64,000 bases of DNA from Candidatus Micrarchaeota archaeon. Lineage in GTDB: Archaea; Micrarchaeota; Micrarchaeia; Anstonellales; JAHKLY01. The translations under genes and the position numbers were made by a program. Numbering within the stretch: the stretch's first letter is position 1; each line of letters begins with the position of its first letter. The stretch spans positions 38 through 64,037 of the forward strand of contig JAHKLY010000003.1 of assembly GCA_020854825.1 (NCBI GenBank), in the 5' to 3' direction. Below the pieces are notes generated by a model. That model searched no databases. It saw only the letters and a program-made list of their open reading frames with translations, and was not told the origin of the DNA. Shown here one piece after another: positions 19,570 through 29,596 of the stretch.

Positions 19570-20730
19570 ATGGAAGAATCTCTAAATAGATTTAAAAATG
19601 AAAAAACAGTTAGACTCTGTACTCCAAGTACTAGAGATTTTGCAAAACCAAACACTAAATTTATATTATTTGCTGATGGTGAAACAAAATATTATCTTCC
19701 AAAAATAGAAAAAAATTCAGATAAAAAAGCAATTGACCAATATGATGGCAAAGAAGTATTTATATTCGACAGACTTTGGCCAGAACCGCAAAGAAAATTT
19801 TTTACATTAACTAATGTAATAACTGATTTATCTTGGCATACAAATAAAATTTGTTTAATAATTCCTTATTTCCCATTTTTAAGACAGGACCATGATTCTA
19901 GTGGAACAGATCCGTATGAAACACATGAAGGCAAAACAGCCTTGCTTTCATTAAGGCATCTTGGTATGTTGGGGATTAGCAGATTGATAATATTAGACGG
20001 TCATTGTTTCAAAGGAGAAGGAATTTATACAACTGATGCTGCATTTAGAAAATTCCCCAAACAACAAAATAAAAAAACAAATATTATCGAAGAGATAAAA
20101 GAATTTGAAATTATTTCGCCTAACTTAAAAATAATTAATTTAAGTATGCGTGAAGAACTTAAGAGAAAAGTCTTATTTTTAGCAAAACAAAAAGGATATA
20201 AAAAGATTTTATTTATATCTCCAGATTCTGGAGCTAGTTATATGGGCCAAAGAAATTTAAATAAAAAAAGAGGCACCAATGAAAATGATGGTGTGGTTGA
20301 AGTAACAGAAATTAGCAGCAATATTAAAAAAGAAGAACTAGAAGAGTTTGATGCAATTTGTTTTGTAGATGATATGGTTGCTTCTGGGGGAACAAATATG
20401 GATGCAATAACATATCTAAGAACAGAAATTGGAGTTAAATTACTCCCATTTACAAATATATTCGAAAATATTCCACAAAAGGTAGTAGATTTATTTTGTG
20501 CAGTAACACATTGGCAAGGATTAGGGGATGCTTCTGCTAATCTAAGTTCGGTAGGAATATCAAGCAAAAGACTAGTTGTTTCTAATAGCATTATCCATAA
20601 TAATCTTCCATTAGTAAGTGGAAATGCAGTTAGAGTACAAGAAAAATTAGAAAAAGCCGCAAGTTTAATTACTTTTGATGATAAAAAAGATGTTGAAGAA
20701 ATAAGAGCATTTTTAAAAGGTCCAAATTAA
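19570..20730 (+). CDS. Divergent ribose-phosphate pyrophosphokinase (PRPP synthetase)-like / type I phosphoribosyltransferase-domain protein
   Basis: IPYFPFLRQDH resembles the Prs flexible-loop motif IPYFGYARQDRK. LFISPDSGASY...FVDDMVASGGT resembles the PRPP-binding loop (VDDMIDTAGT). Overall divergent. Confidence 0.5.
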   Translation: MEESLNRFKNEKTVRLCTPSTRDFAKPNTKFILFADGETKYYLPKIEKNSDKKAIDQYDGKEVFIFDRLWPEPQRKFFTLTNVITDLSWHTNKICLIIPYFPFLRQDHDSSGTDPYETHEGKTALLSLRHLGMLGISRLIILDGHCFKGEGIYTTDAAFRKFPKQQNKKTNIIEEIKEFEIISPNLKIINLSMREELKRKVLFLAKQKGYKKILFISPDSGASYMGQRNLNKKRGTNENDGVVEVTEISSNIKKEELEEFDAICFVDDMVASGGTNMDAITYLRTEIGVKLLPFTNIFENIPQKVVDLFCAVTHWQGLGDASANLSSVGISSKRLVVSNSIIHNNLPLVSGNAVRVQEKLEKAASLITFDDKKDVEEIRAFLKGPN

Positions 20731-20741
20731 TTATCTGTTTT

Positions 20742-20756
20742 TTAGAAGTAAAAATC
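20742..20756 (+). terminator. Oligo-T tract (CTGTTTTTT) immediately after the Prs-like gene; possible archaeal intrinsic terminator
   Basis: T-run directly after the stop at 20730. Confidence 0.25.
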
Positions 20757-20823
20757 CGGAAACATACTGTGTTTGCGGTTATTTAAAAACCTTAATTTCG
20801 CTATCATTAGTAGAACTTGAAAG

Positions 20824-21039
20824 GTGATGAAAATGAAAATAAATATTAATGGAATGGGATTTGATGAAATTTTTTGGATTGTTAATAAACTCGAAAAATT
20901 AAATTTATCAACAAGAATTGATTTTTTTGGAAATGAAATAACATTAAGTGCTGATTCAAAAGAATTTGAAAGAGAATTTATTGAGTTAGATAAAGAAAAA
21001 TCAGAAATAATTGAATTAGATTCAATTCAATTTTCATAG
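20824..21039 (+). CDS. Small hypothetical protein (71 aa)
   Basis: ORF only. Confidence 0.3.
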   Translation: MMKMKININGMGFDEIFWIVNKLEKLNLSTRIDFFGNEITLSADSKEFEREFIELDKEKSEIIELDSIQFS

Positions 21040-21084
21040 TTGTTGTTGTGGCCCAAAAACGCCTCCTGCCTTATAAACCACGCA

Positions 21085-22263
21085 TTATATAACGGCTTTT
21101 TGCCGTTCTCTTTTTGCTCTTTTCGTTCTTTGAATTTTTTCTAATATATCTCGTTTACTTTCTATATCCTCTGGGACACATAGTGATTTTCTAATATTTC
21201 TCAAATATATTTGCATAGCACATAAAGAAGGAGGTTTACGACTATAAGGAGTATTAAAATCTTTTTTTATTTTTTTAAGTGCTTTTGGAGCAGATATATC
21301 TGGATCTTCTTTAATTAATTTAAATAAATATTCAACAAAATCATCAGTTAAATTAAATTGAACTGATAATCTATTTACATGTTCAGGAAATTTTCGTTTA
21401 ATAACATCATAAACCTTTAAATAAGTGAATTTGTGCTCTTGTTCTGGAAATTCTTCTTTTAATTTTTCTAAAATCTCCGAGATATTATTTACTTTCTGGT
21501 TTTCTTTATGTTCATCAACTTCTAAAAGACCTTTTAAAAATTCCTGTATCTCGCCTCTCCATTCTATAATTCTTTTTAGTCCTTTTTTATTCATTTTTCT
21601 CCCATTTTTTAATGGCTTTCTATAAATTTTAGTTGTTAACATTACTCCTAATGATCCCCTAGTTAATCTTTTGCCTTTTTTAAATTTTTTATTTATTATA
21701 TTTATGATTTCAGCATATGACAGTTTTGGATTATCTTTTAACAATTTTTCTAAAAATAAAATTTTTTTCTCCGTCCAAAGATAACTATCTCGTTTATGGG
21801 TTTCTTTTTTTCTTAATTCAATTAATTCCTTTGATACATGTATATGGAAATAATCTATTAAGTTTCTAGCAGTTACTTTAACAGGTTCTTCAGGAAATTC
21901 TTTATTTACTATTTCAACTATATCCTTCCATTTTTTTCTAATATTACCTTTAAAAATTTTTAATAATTTTTTTTCTTTTCCTTTGAAATTATACCTTTTT
22001 CTCCTAATCTTTACTTTTTTTTCTCTAATATTTTTAAGCTCTGGATGTTTAAAATATACCTGTGAGGATAGATAATCACCAAATTTACCTGGGGTCATTT
22101 TAACTGGCTCGTTTGGAAAATTAGAATTTATTATTTTTGAATACTGTTTATAGGATAATCCGGGGTTATTTTTTATTAAATTCACTACAAATTCGTGTTT
22201 ATCAGACCAATTATAACGGATTTGGCTGTTTATATTTTGCCCTTCATTTAATCCCATATACAT
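21085..22263 (-). CDS. Basic Lys-rich protein built of about 5 tandem about 70-aa helix-turn-helix-like repeats (W..K...L..LIK.NP.LSY..I..II...FP.EP.K.T...L..Y); putative DNA-binding
   Basis: 392 aa. Repeats visible by eye (NWSDKHEFVVNLIKNNPGLSYKQYSKIINSNFPNEPVK / LWTEKKILFLEKLLKDNPKLSYAEIINIINKKF / FVEYLFKLIKEDPDISAPKALKKIKKDF...). Confidence 0.65.
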   Translation of the reverse strand: MYMGLNEGQNINSQIRYNWSDKHEFVVNLIKNNPGLSYKQYSKIINSNFPNEPVKMTPGKFGDYLSSQVYFKHPELKNIREKKVKIRRKRYNFKGKEKKLLKIFKGNIRKKWKDIVEIVNKEFPEEPVKVTARNLIDYFHIHVSKELIELRKKETHKRDSYLWTEKKILFLEKLLKDNPKLSYAEIINIINKKFKKGKRLTRGSLGVMLTTKIYRKPLKNGRKMNKKGLKRIIEWRGEIQEFLKGLLEVDEHKENQKVNNISEILEKLKEEFPEQEHKFTYLKVYDVIKRKFPEHVNRLSVQFNLTDDFVEYLFKLIKEDPDISAPKALKKIKKDFNTPYSRKPPSLCAMQIYLRNIRKSLCVPEDIESKRDILEKIQRTKRAKRERQKAVI

Positions 22264-22323
22264 ATTAGGAGAATAAGGCTTTAAAGAGTATTCACAATAA
22301 TATTTTTTTAAAAAGGTGATCTA

Positions 22324-22545
22324 ATGAAAAAAGAAGTTATGGAAAAAATAGCTGCATTAATAACAGCTGCATTCGGACTAGTAGCCGCATTAGCATGGAA
22401 TGACACAATAAAAGCGATATTTTCAGAAATATTTGGTAGCACCAATCAATTGGTTCCAATGATTGTTTATGCAGTACTAGTTACAGTAATTGCAGTTTTA
22501 GCTACAATGTGGATAGGGAATATTGCAGAAAAATTAGAAAAATAA
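22324..22545 (+). CDS. Small two-TM membrane protein conserved in archaea (DUF5654-like)
   Basis: 73 aa. IAALITAAFGLVAALAWNDTIKAIF motif. Second hydrophobic segment. Confidence 0.55.
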   Translation: MKKEVMEKIAALITAAFGLVAALAWNDTIKAIFSEIFGSTNQLVPMIVYAVLVTVIAVLATMWIGNIAEKLEK

Positions 22546-22604
22546 AATTGTGTCTAAAAATGGTTAAACAATAGATTTAAAAAGGTGGAATTCAATAAAA
22601 TATT

Positions 22605-25508
22605 ATGAATTCCCAAACTTTAGATCTACATAATTCTTTACTGAAACTTTATTCTATAATTGCATTAGATATAAAAAAAACAAAAACGGATAAAGGAAAA
22701 AATAGTTTTTGGGTGCCTACAAGATATGAAATATTAGAAATAATTAAACTCTCCTTTAGAAAAATGCGTGAAAAAAAAGAAACAAATGAACTATTGAATG
22801 ATATATTTCTAAATGAAAAACATAATGGTTCTGGAGTTCTACTTTTTGAAACAACAATGCAGTATTTATACTATATAACTTGTGGTTTTACGGTGGATAA
22901 CGAAGAAGAAAATAGAAAACTAGTTATTAAAAAAGAAGTTGAATATGCATTTGAAAAATTATTACGTTATGTTGAAGCTCAAAATAATTTTGAATTAATA
23001 CAAAATTTTGTAGATATTCTATCCTCATTACACCCAAAAACAGAACATAAACATATTGAAGAAAAGGTCCAAGAAATTTTAAATAAATATGAAATAAAAA
23101 ATTTTGAAATGTCTGCACATAGAAACATAGCCCCTAAAACTGCAAATAAAACACAAACTATCTTAAAAGAATTTGGCGAGAATGGATTAAAGGACCTAGT
23201 TCTACATACTCTTTTAGAAAAAAATTCATTGGAAGAATTAATATTAATAAAACAAGAATTAGATCAAATAACAAAAGGAAAAGGACTTGAACAAATTATA
23301 AGAATTATAGCTTCTTCTTATGGGATAATAGATTCAAATAAGGTCGCTGAAGAATTAATTTATCAATTAACAAAAAAAGAAATTCCAGAATCAATAAAAA
23401 AAATAATTTTTATAAATTCATTAAATTCATTTGGCTTTGAACAAACAATAAGCCAGATTAAATACCTTAAAATAACAAAATATCAAGCATTAAATTGGAT
23501 TATTTCAAGTATAAAACTAAAAGAAATTAAAAAAATTCAAAATTATACTCTTACTGAATCAATATATATACTAAAAAAAGAAAAAGCATTAAGATATTTA
23601 TGGAAAAAATATGGAAATAAAGGAATACAATTTATTTTGGAATCATTAACAGAAAAAGAATGTGCAAATTCTAATGAAACTTTAAATACTGCATCTGAAA
23701 ATTCAAAAATTAAAGCAGTTCTTGAATTATTAAAAATTACTAAACCACTTAAAGATTTTACATTATTTGATATGTTTAAAGTATTACAAAAAACATGGGA
23801 ATTAGAATCTGCTGTTGAATTATTTGCAGAAATTGGATTAGAAAAACAGGCATTTAAATATTATAGTAAACAAAGATTAAAAGAAGGAGATAAATTGAGT
23901 GAAATTACATCTGCCTTCTTTAATATCATTGAATATGAAAAAGCATTCGAAACGATTGTAACAAATTCCTATCCTATTTTTGCATTTAAAGAATTAGTTA
24001 AGAGAATTGGTTTTAAAAACGCATATTTAATAGCAGAAAATACATTACAAAATAAAAGAATAACTGATATTCTTGCATGGGAATCTGGATATGGAAAAGA
24101 AGTATTTTTAAAATTAAAAAATTCCTTAGGATTAGAAAATGCATTAAATGCAATGTCTCAAATGGATTGTTTTGGACCAAAAGAAACTGCAATATTGGCG
24201 ATAAATTCCGGATATTTATATTCTGGAATTGAAATGCTAAAAAATAAAACACAAAATGAAATAAGAGTAATATTGGATACTAAAGGTATAGAAGGGTATG
24301 AGATTCTATCAAATTATTGGAGTATAAATTCATGGACCAGTCAAATTATAAATTTAAATTTTAATCAAAAACATGATTTATTCTCTTATCTTAAAACTAA
24401 AGTAAACAAAGAAGAATACTCATTAGTTCTTAAAAATATATTAAAAAAGCAAAGTGTTAAAAAACTTTTAACAGATTTAGCTGAGGAAATAAATTGGAAT
24501 AAAGTATATGAAAACGCATATGATTTAGAAAAACATTACCAAAGAATCGAAAATACTGCAGAAGTATACAAAATTATTGCCAAAGAAAGTTCTGAAATTC
24601 AAGCATTTAAAATTCTACATAATATAATTAAAAGTGAATACGGATTATATGCAATTAGATCAAAAGCAGGATTTGAAAATGAAGCATTCAAACGTCTAAT
24701 TCGAACAAACAAACAAAAAGGTATATCATACATCTACAAAACCTCAAAAAATTCAGAAGAATTCTTGAATTATTTAGATAACCTAGAATATGGAAAAGAA
24801 GCTGTAGTTGAACTTGGAAATAAAATAGGTAATAAAAATGCTGTTTTAACATCTCTTGAAGTTTTTGGTGCAAAAAAAACATTGCAACTGACTGATGAAG
24901 CAGGTTTTTCTTCTGTTGCTTATTCTGAGATTTCTAAAAAAGAAGGGGCAATATCTGCATTTAATACTGCCATGAAAGTATTTAATAATATGGAAAAAGC
25001 TTTTTATCTCGCAACATTAAATAATGAAGTTCCTATTATATTTGACCAATTAGGTAAAGATCTAGGATATGACGCAGCCATAAAAATATGTGTAGAAGAA
25101 TTAGGATCAATAAAACGAGTTATTAATTACTCTTTAGAAGGATACTTTAACTATTCTAATAAAGAGATAGAAATTCCAAAAGAAATAATTAAAACAAGGA
25201 TAGAAAATTTAATTAATGCATATCATAGGGCAGGATATGGTAAAGAATTTTTAAGTGAAATAAAAACAAAAAAATATTTAGGATCAAAAAAAGAAGCAAT
25301 AAAAATAGCAATTAATATGTTGGGGGAGAATAACGGAATAATATTAGCAGGAGAGAGTTTTGGAAAAGATGAAAGCGATTTTACACCTACCCTTTTAGCT
25401 GCATTAGCTGAAATACCAAAAACAAGAGACCAGTTTATTGAAATATTAAAATCAACTATGCTCAAAACTCAAAAACCAAAAGAAGGAGAAAAAGCAACTG
25501 TTACTTAA
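22605..25508 (+). CDS. Large hypothetical alpha-helical protein (967 aa) with recurring GYGKE/EYGKE-containing repeats
   Basis: Long ORF. Repeats GYGKEVFLKLKNSLGLENALNAM / EYGKEAVVELGNKIGNKNAVLTSLEVFG / GYGKEFLSEIKTKKYLGSKKEAIKIAINMLG. Confidence 0.7.
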   Translation: MNSQTLDLHNSLLKLYSIIALDIKKTKTDKGKNSFWVPTRYEILEIIKLSFRKMREKKETNELLNDIFLNEKHNGSGVLLFETTMQYLYYITCGFTVDNEEENRKLVIKKEVEYAFEKLLRYVEAQNNFELIQNFVDILSSLHPKTEHKHIEEKVQEILNKYEIKNFEMSAHRNIAPKTANKTQTILKEFGENGLKDLVLHTLLEKNSLEELILIKQELDQITKGKGLEQIIRIIASSYGIIDSNKVAEELIYQLTKKEIPESIKKIIFINSLNSFGFEQTISQIKYLKITKYQALNWIISSIKLKEIKKIQNYTLTESIYILKKEKALRYLWKKYGNKGIQFILESLTEKECANSNETLNTASENSKIKAVLELLKITKPLKDFTLFDMFKVLQKTWELESAVELFAEIGLEKQAFKYYSKQRLKEGDKLSEITSAFFNIIEYEKAFETIVTNSYPIFAFKELVKRIGFKNAYLIAENTLQNKRITDILAWESGYGKEVFLKLKNSLGLENALNAMSQMDCFGPKETAILAINSGYLYSGIEMLKNKTQNEIRVILDTKGIEGYEILSNYWSINSWTSQIINLNFNQKHDLFSYLKTKVNKEEYSLVLKNILKKQSVKKLLTDLAEEINWNKVYENAYDLEKHYQRIENTAEVYKIIAKESSEIQAFKILHNIIKSEYGLYAIRSKAGFENEAFKRLIRTNKQKGISYIYKTSKNSEEFLNYLDNLEYGKEAVVELGNKIGNKNAVLTSLEVFGAKKTLQLTDEAGFSSVAYSEISKKEGAISAFNTAMKVFNNMEKAFYLATLNNEVPIIFDQLGKDLGYDAAIKICVEELGSIKRVINYSLEGYFNYSNKEIEIPKEIIKTRIENLINAYHRAGYGKEFLSEIKTKKYLGSKKEAIKIAINMLGENNGIILAGESFGKDESDFTPTLLAALAEIPKTRDQFIEILKSTMLKTQKPKEGEKATVT

Positions 25509-26868
25509 TGGTCCTTGTAAAATACTCCGTTGTTATATCTTTATATTTTTCATCTATTAGATTTGATTTTTTAAGGATTTTTGCTTTTTTAATAAAAGAC
25601 ATAAAATTAATAGGAATTCCAATATTCGATCTTAAAGCTTCTTTAAATGCATCTTTGACATTACAGATCTGTCTTGATTCAATTGCACAAATATAATCAT
25701 GTTCTATATGGATATCAAGTGCATGACTATGAGATTTAATAAAATCTTCTACATTTTGATTCTGAGTTATCCTAGGCCCCATACATTTAATGATACCTGG
25801 AAGTTTTGGTATTAAAAATTCAAACATTATAATACACTCTTTTTCATCAGACCAGTAATAATACCCAAACTTTTCAAACCCTTGTTTTCTAAAATAATTT
25901 TTCAAAGCGACTGCTGTTTTTCTTAATTGCGGCCATAATGTATCCTCAACTAGATCTGGGGCTTTAAATTTAATAACTAAAATTTCTGTTTGTCTTTTGT
26001 CTATTATCCTCTTTAATTGCGTTTTTGTTATTTTATACTTTTGTTTAATAAAAAAATTAGTTGAAGGTTTTTTTAAAAATTGTCTGCATGAAAAAATAAA
26101 AATACTTAATGAGGTTGATGATACAACAGCAGATACATTTCGGTTCTTATCTACTGGGTCTATAACAATTAAAGGTGCATTTGAAAAAAGAGATTTTAAT
26201 TTATCCATTTCTTCTTTTTTATAATAGGCTTCAATATCAATATACATTGGAATACTCCAATTTTGTGCTTCATTAAAAAGATTCACAATTGATCCATATT
26301 TAGCTATTAATAATTCACATAAATACCCTGAAAATCCTTCAACTCGTATTTCTGCCCCATAAATATTATTTGCTTTCATAAATTGTTTTAATAATCTAAC
26401 ATCATCTTTTTGTTTTGCACTTAAATGTGAATTAATATACTCTGAATGTAAGGGAGATCTATCTACTGCTGTGCCTTTTTCTGTTATCTCTTTAATTTTA
26501 TATGCAGGTACAACATCAATATCATATCCTTTATATTTAACTTTTAAATAAGGATGTTCAGCATACGCTTTTCTATATTTATGTCTTTCAAATGCTTTTT
26601 TTGCATATTTAAAACCTAATTCCTCTAATTCCTTTTTTGAATATTTTTTAGGAAATAATAGAAAAACATCAAAATCCTTTTTATTTTTTAATTGAGTTCC
26701 TTTTGCTACACTCCCAACTAAAACAACTTGTATATTCGGAGGAGTAGCACTTTTTAATAAATCAAATACCTCCCCTAAAATTTTTGAATCTTTTTTAATT
26801 TCAGATTTAGAAGGATTTATCTTTTTAAGGGATTTCATAAGAATATTGCTGATTTTGGCATTTATCAT
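25501..26868 (-). CDS. cca: CCA-adding enzyme (archaeal class I tRNA nucleotidyltransferase)
   Basis: 455 aa. N-terminal VVLVGSVAKGTQLKNKKDFDVFLLFP (GS...G...D.D nucleotidyltransferase motif). RSPLHSEYI. Length typical. Confidence 0.72.
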   Translation of the reverse strand: MINAKISNILMKSLKKINPSKSEIKKDSKILGEVFDLLKSATPPNIQVVLVGSVAKGTQLKNKKDFDVFLLFPKKYSKKELEELGFKYAKKAFERHKYRKAYAEHPYLKVKYKGYDIDVVPAYKIKEITEKGTAVDRSPLHSEYINSHLSAKQKDDVRLLKQFMKANNIYGAEIRVEGFSGYLCELLIAKYGSIVNLFNEAQNWSIPMYIDIEAYYKKEEMDKLKSLFSNAPLIVIDPVDKNRNVSAVVSSTSLSIFIFSCRQFLKKPSTNFFIKQKYKITKTQLKRIIDKRQTEILVIKFKAPDLVEDTLWPQLRKTAVALKNYFRKQGFEKFGYYYWSDEKECIIMFEFLIPKLPGIIKCMGPRITQNQNVEDFIKSHSHALDIHIEHDYICAIESRQICNVKDAFKEALRSNIGIPINFMSFIKKAKILKKSNLIDEKYKDITTEYFTRTIK

Positions 26869-26971
26869 GTGAATACAAGGAAGATAAGAAATAAAAAACT
26901 GATTATGTTATTTTTGATGGGTTTAAAAACATATACAAACATTTATAAACAGAAAAATACACTAATTTAAT

Positions 26972-27634
26972 ATGAAAACTATTACAGAGAACAAAGAAAG
27001 ATACTTAAATTCAGATGTTCCAAAATTAAAAAAAATACCCATTTTTGATCAACAAATTGGTAAAACAACTCTTTCTCAAAGAGAATTACGTATATTATTT
27101 AGTGGAAAAGTAATTGTTGAAGAAATTTTTGATGGGGGATATACAAAATTTTGTTTTAATAATAGATTCATACTCTGGACAACAGACATGTTAAAAAGAG
27201 GAAAAATTAAATATAGATTACCTGCAAGATATTTTGTTTTTGGAATTTTGGATTTACAAAATATGCATATGTTGAAGAAAAGTTCAAGTATAGAAATCGT
27301 TAATGAAATTAAAGAAAGAAAAAAACCAATAGTAAATTTAAACCTAGATACGATGGAGGATTATCCACATTTAATAACTTGTCCTCCAAATTTATTTAGT
27401 GGTAAAATAACTTTAGAAGAATTAGAGGTTTTAATAAAAAAAGAATCTGAATTTGGAGTTCTTGAGAACAATACAAAAACACCAATTAAAGGAATATTTG
27501 TAAAATCAGATATGGAGATACTTTATTTTTCAATTCCTTCTTTTGTAGGTTCTATCATAACAGACGAGTTTCAAAATTTACCAGAATTAAACAAAACTGA
27601 ACTAAATATAATAAGAGTAAGAAAAAATAAGTAG
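26972..27634 (+). CDS. Hypothetical protein (220 aa)
   Basis: ORF; no confident domain. Confidence 0.55.
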   Translation: MKTITENKERYLNSDVPKLKKIPIFDQQIGKTTLSQRELRILFSGKVIVEEIFDGGYTKFCFNNRFILWTTDMLKRGKIKYRLPARYFVFGILDLQNMHMLKKSSSIEIVNEIKERKKPIVNLNLDTMEDYPHLITCPPNLFSGKITLEELEVLIKKESEFGVLENNTKTPIKGIFVKSDMEILYFSIPSFVGSIITDEFQNLPELNKTELNIIRVRKNK

Positions 27635-27637
27635 GTA

Positions 27638-29506
27638 TTAATAACCTGCTAAAGATCTTAAAGTTTCTAAAGCTCTTGGATCTAGCATTTTATCTAAGTT
27701 TAATTCTACTAACGATTTATACAAATCTTTATTTGATGCATGCAATCCTTTTCCAAAAGTATTTTCCCAAATTACAGTTTTTAATTGAGAACCACTTAAT
27801 TCTCCAGTATGATCATGAAAAAAACCACATATTTTTTTATCTCCTATATAAAATCCTGGGTGTGAACCCTTTGGTTGTTTAAATACTGGTTTTGTACCAT
27901 ATTGATATTCAATTATTCTACTTGTTAATGATTTTGAATTTTCATAAGATAAAGGATTTGGAAAACTACTTTGTTGCAAAGGAGGATTATTAGCAATATA
28001 CTCACTTATCTGAGTATATATTTTATTATCATTAGAGTTGATAGTTTCAAAAATAAATCCTGCATTCTTTTTTGATGTTAAAATCAAGCAAGGAGATCTC
28101 TCTCCTAATGGACTAGCTTTTGTTAATTCAATTGCCTCATTAACAATACCTTCTCCTCTACCCCAAGGATATGGATTAGTTAATCTAATTAAATCCTCAT
28201 CGATCATGCTTTTAAAGATATTATCTATTTGATTTCTAATTGTTGGATCACCAAAAGAATTTTCAAAAATATTTAAAGTTTCTTGTGAAATTCTAAATTC
28301 TATTAAGTCATCTCCTTCTTGAAGGAATTTTATAGTATTTCTTAAATCTGTCTCAAAAATATCTAATTTATCTAATTCTGAAGTTAACGCTTTCTTTTCT
28401 GCTCTTTTCATTAGTTCATTAAAATATTCAGAATCAGCTACAATATATTTAATTTCACTTGAGTCTTCTAAAAAATTTTTAAAAGGATCCCAGTCATTTC
28501 TTGGATCTCCTCCTATCTCTGCTGCATAAAGTCCAGCTTCTACAGATGTGTAACTTCTTTCTTCTTCAATTGCGTTTATATCAATAGCTTCAGCTAAAAG
28601 AGGTTTTGCTCCTATAGCAACTGGAACTGCCCATAATAAAGCCAAATTTTCAACACGTGTTGCAGTAAAATCAAAAATTTCTGTTGCTGTTATCACTGTA
28701 TTTATTGGAATTGTACCTGAAACAGATGAAACTCCTGCTCTACCAGCAGATTTTGTAATTAAATCATCAATTCCTTGCATAGCTAAATTTGAATTAAACA
28801 TTTTACTTCCCATTGTTTCAAAAGCAAAGGGGATACTAGCCTCAAAAGGCATTTTTGTTTTCATTGAAAGTAATGTCTTTGATAATTTATCTAAAATTTG
28901 TTTTCCACCAACTTCTAATGCTTTTGTTGCACCAATAAACGCCATAATATCTAATGCAGTATTCACATATGCCATATTAAATAAAAATCCAGCCATATCT
29001 ATATTTTGGTCTGTTGGGTTTCTAATTGCTTTTTTATAGGCTTCAGAAAACTCTTTCCAAATCCCTATACAAGTTAAATTTTCTAGTATCCATTTCCCGC
29101 CCATACCTGCCGTCCTATGAGTTTTATAATCATTAATCATGTTGCCTATAACTTCTCGTGCTTGAGGAAACGTAAATCCAGCCAATAAAGGTAAATGTTT
29201 AAAAAATTCTAAAACTTCTGAATCACTACTATATATCGCATCAACTCTTTTTTTATCACTTTCTTGAAAAGAAGATAAAACCATATTGATTATTCCCGAG
29301 ATAGATTGTCTTTCCATACTTTGATTATCAAATAGATTTAAATACCAGAATTTAGAATTTAAAAATATACTAGAACATACAAATGCTTTATTTTTAAATG
29401 GTATTTCATTTTCAGAAGTATATAAACTTAAATATTCTGGTTTTAATATATACCTAAGATAATTTCTATTTTGTTCTGTTAATTCTTTAAATTTTGGATT
29501 AACCAT
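27638..29506 (-). CDS. Hypothetical protein (622 aa)
   Basis: Long ORF; no confident domain. Confidence 0.65.
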   Translation of the reverse strand: MVNPKFKELTEQNRNYLRYILKPEYLSLYTSENEIPFKNKAFVCSSIFLNSKFWYLNLFDNQSMERQSISGIINMVLSSFQESDKKRVDAIYSSDSEVLEFFKHLPLLAGFTFPQAREVIGNMINDYKTHRTAGMGGKWILENLTCIGIWKEFSEAYKKAIRNPTDQNIDMAGFLFNMAYVNTALDIMAFIGATKALEVGGKQILDKLSKTLLSMKTKMPFEASIPFAFETMGSKMFNSNLAMQGIDDLITKSAGRAGVSSVSGTIPINTVITATEIFDFTATRVENLALLWAVPVAIGAKPLLAEAIDINAIEEERSYTSVEAGLYAAEIGGDPRNDWDPFKNFLEDSSEIKYIVADSEYFNELMKRAEKKALTSELDKLDIFETDLRNTIKFLQEGDDLIEFRISQETLNIFENSFGDPTIRNQIDNIFKSMIDEDLIRLTNPYPWGRGEGIVNEAIELTKASPLGERSPCLILTSKKNAGFIFETINSNDNKIYTQISEYIANNPPLQQSSFPNPLSYENSKSLTSRIIEYQYGTKPVFKQPKGSHPGFYIGDKKICGFFHDHTGELSGSQLKTVIWENTFGKGLHASNKDLYKSLVELNLDKMLDPRALETLRSLAGY

Positions 29507-29596
29507 ATATTTTTTGTCTTATTTGAGATTTAAAAAGCTTTATGTTTTCTTGAAATAAATAAAAAGATATAAAAACCTTACATTTGTAAGAATTTT

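Noticed and set aside
21095-21115. Hairpin AACGGCTTTTTGCCGTT that looks like a terminator
   Set aside because: It lies inside the 3' end of the 21085..22263 coding sequence on the opposite strand's reading direction. Bacterial-type hairpin terminators are not the archaeal norm.
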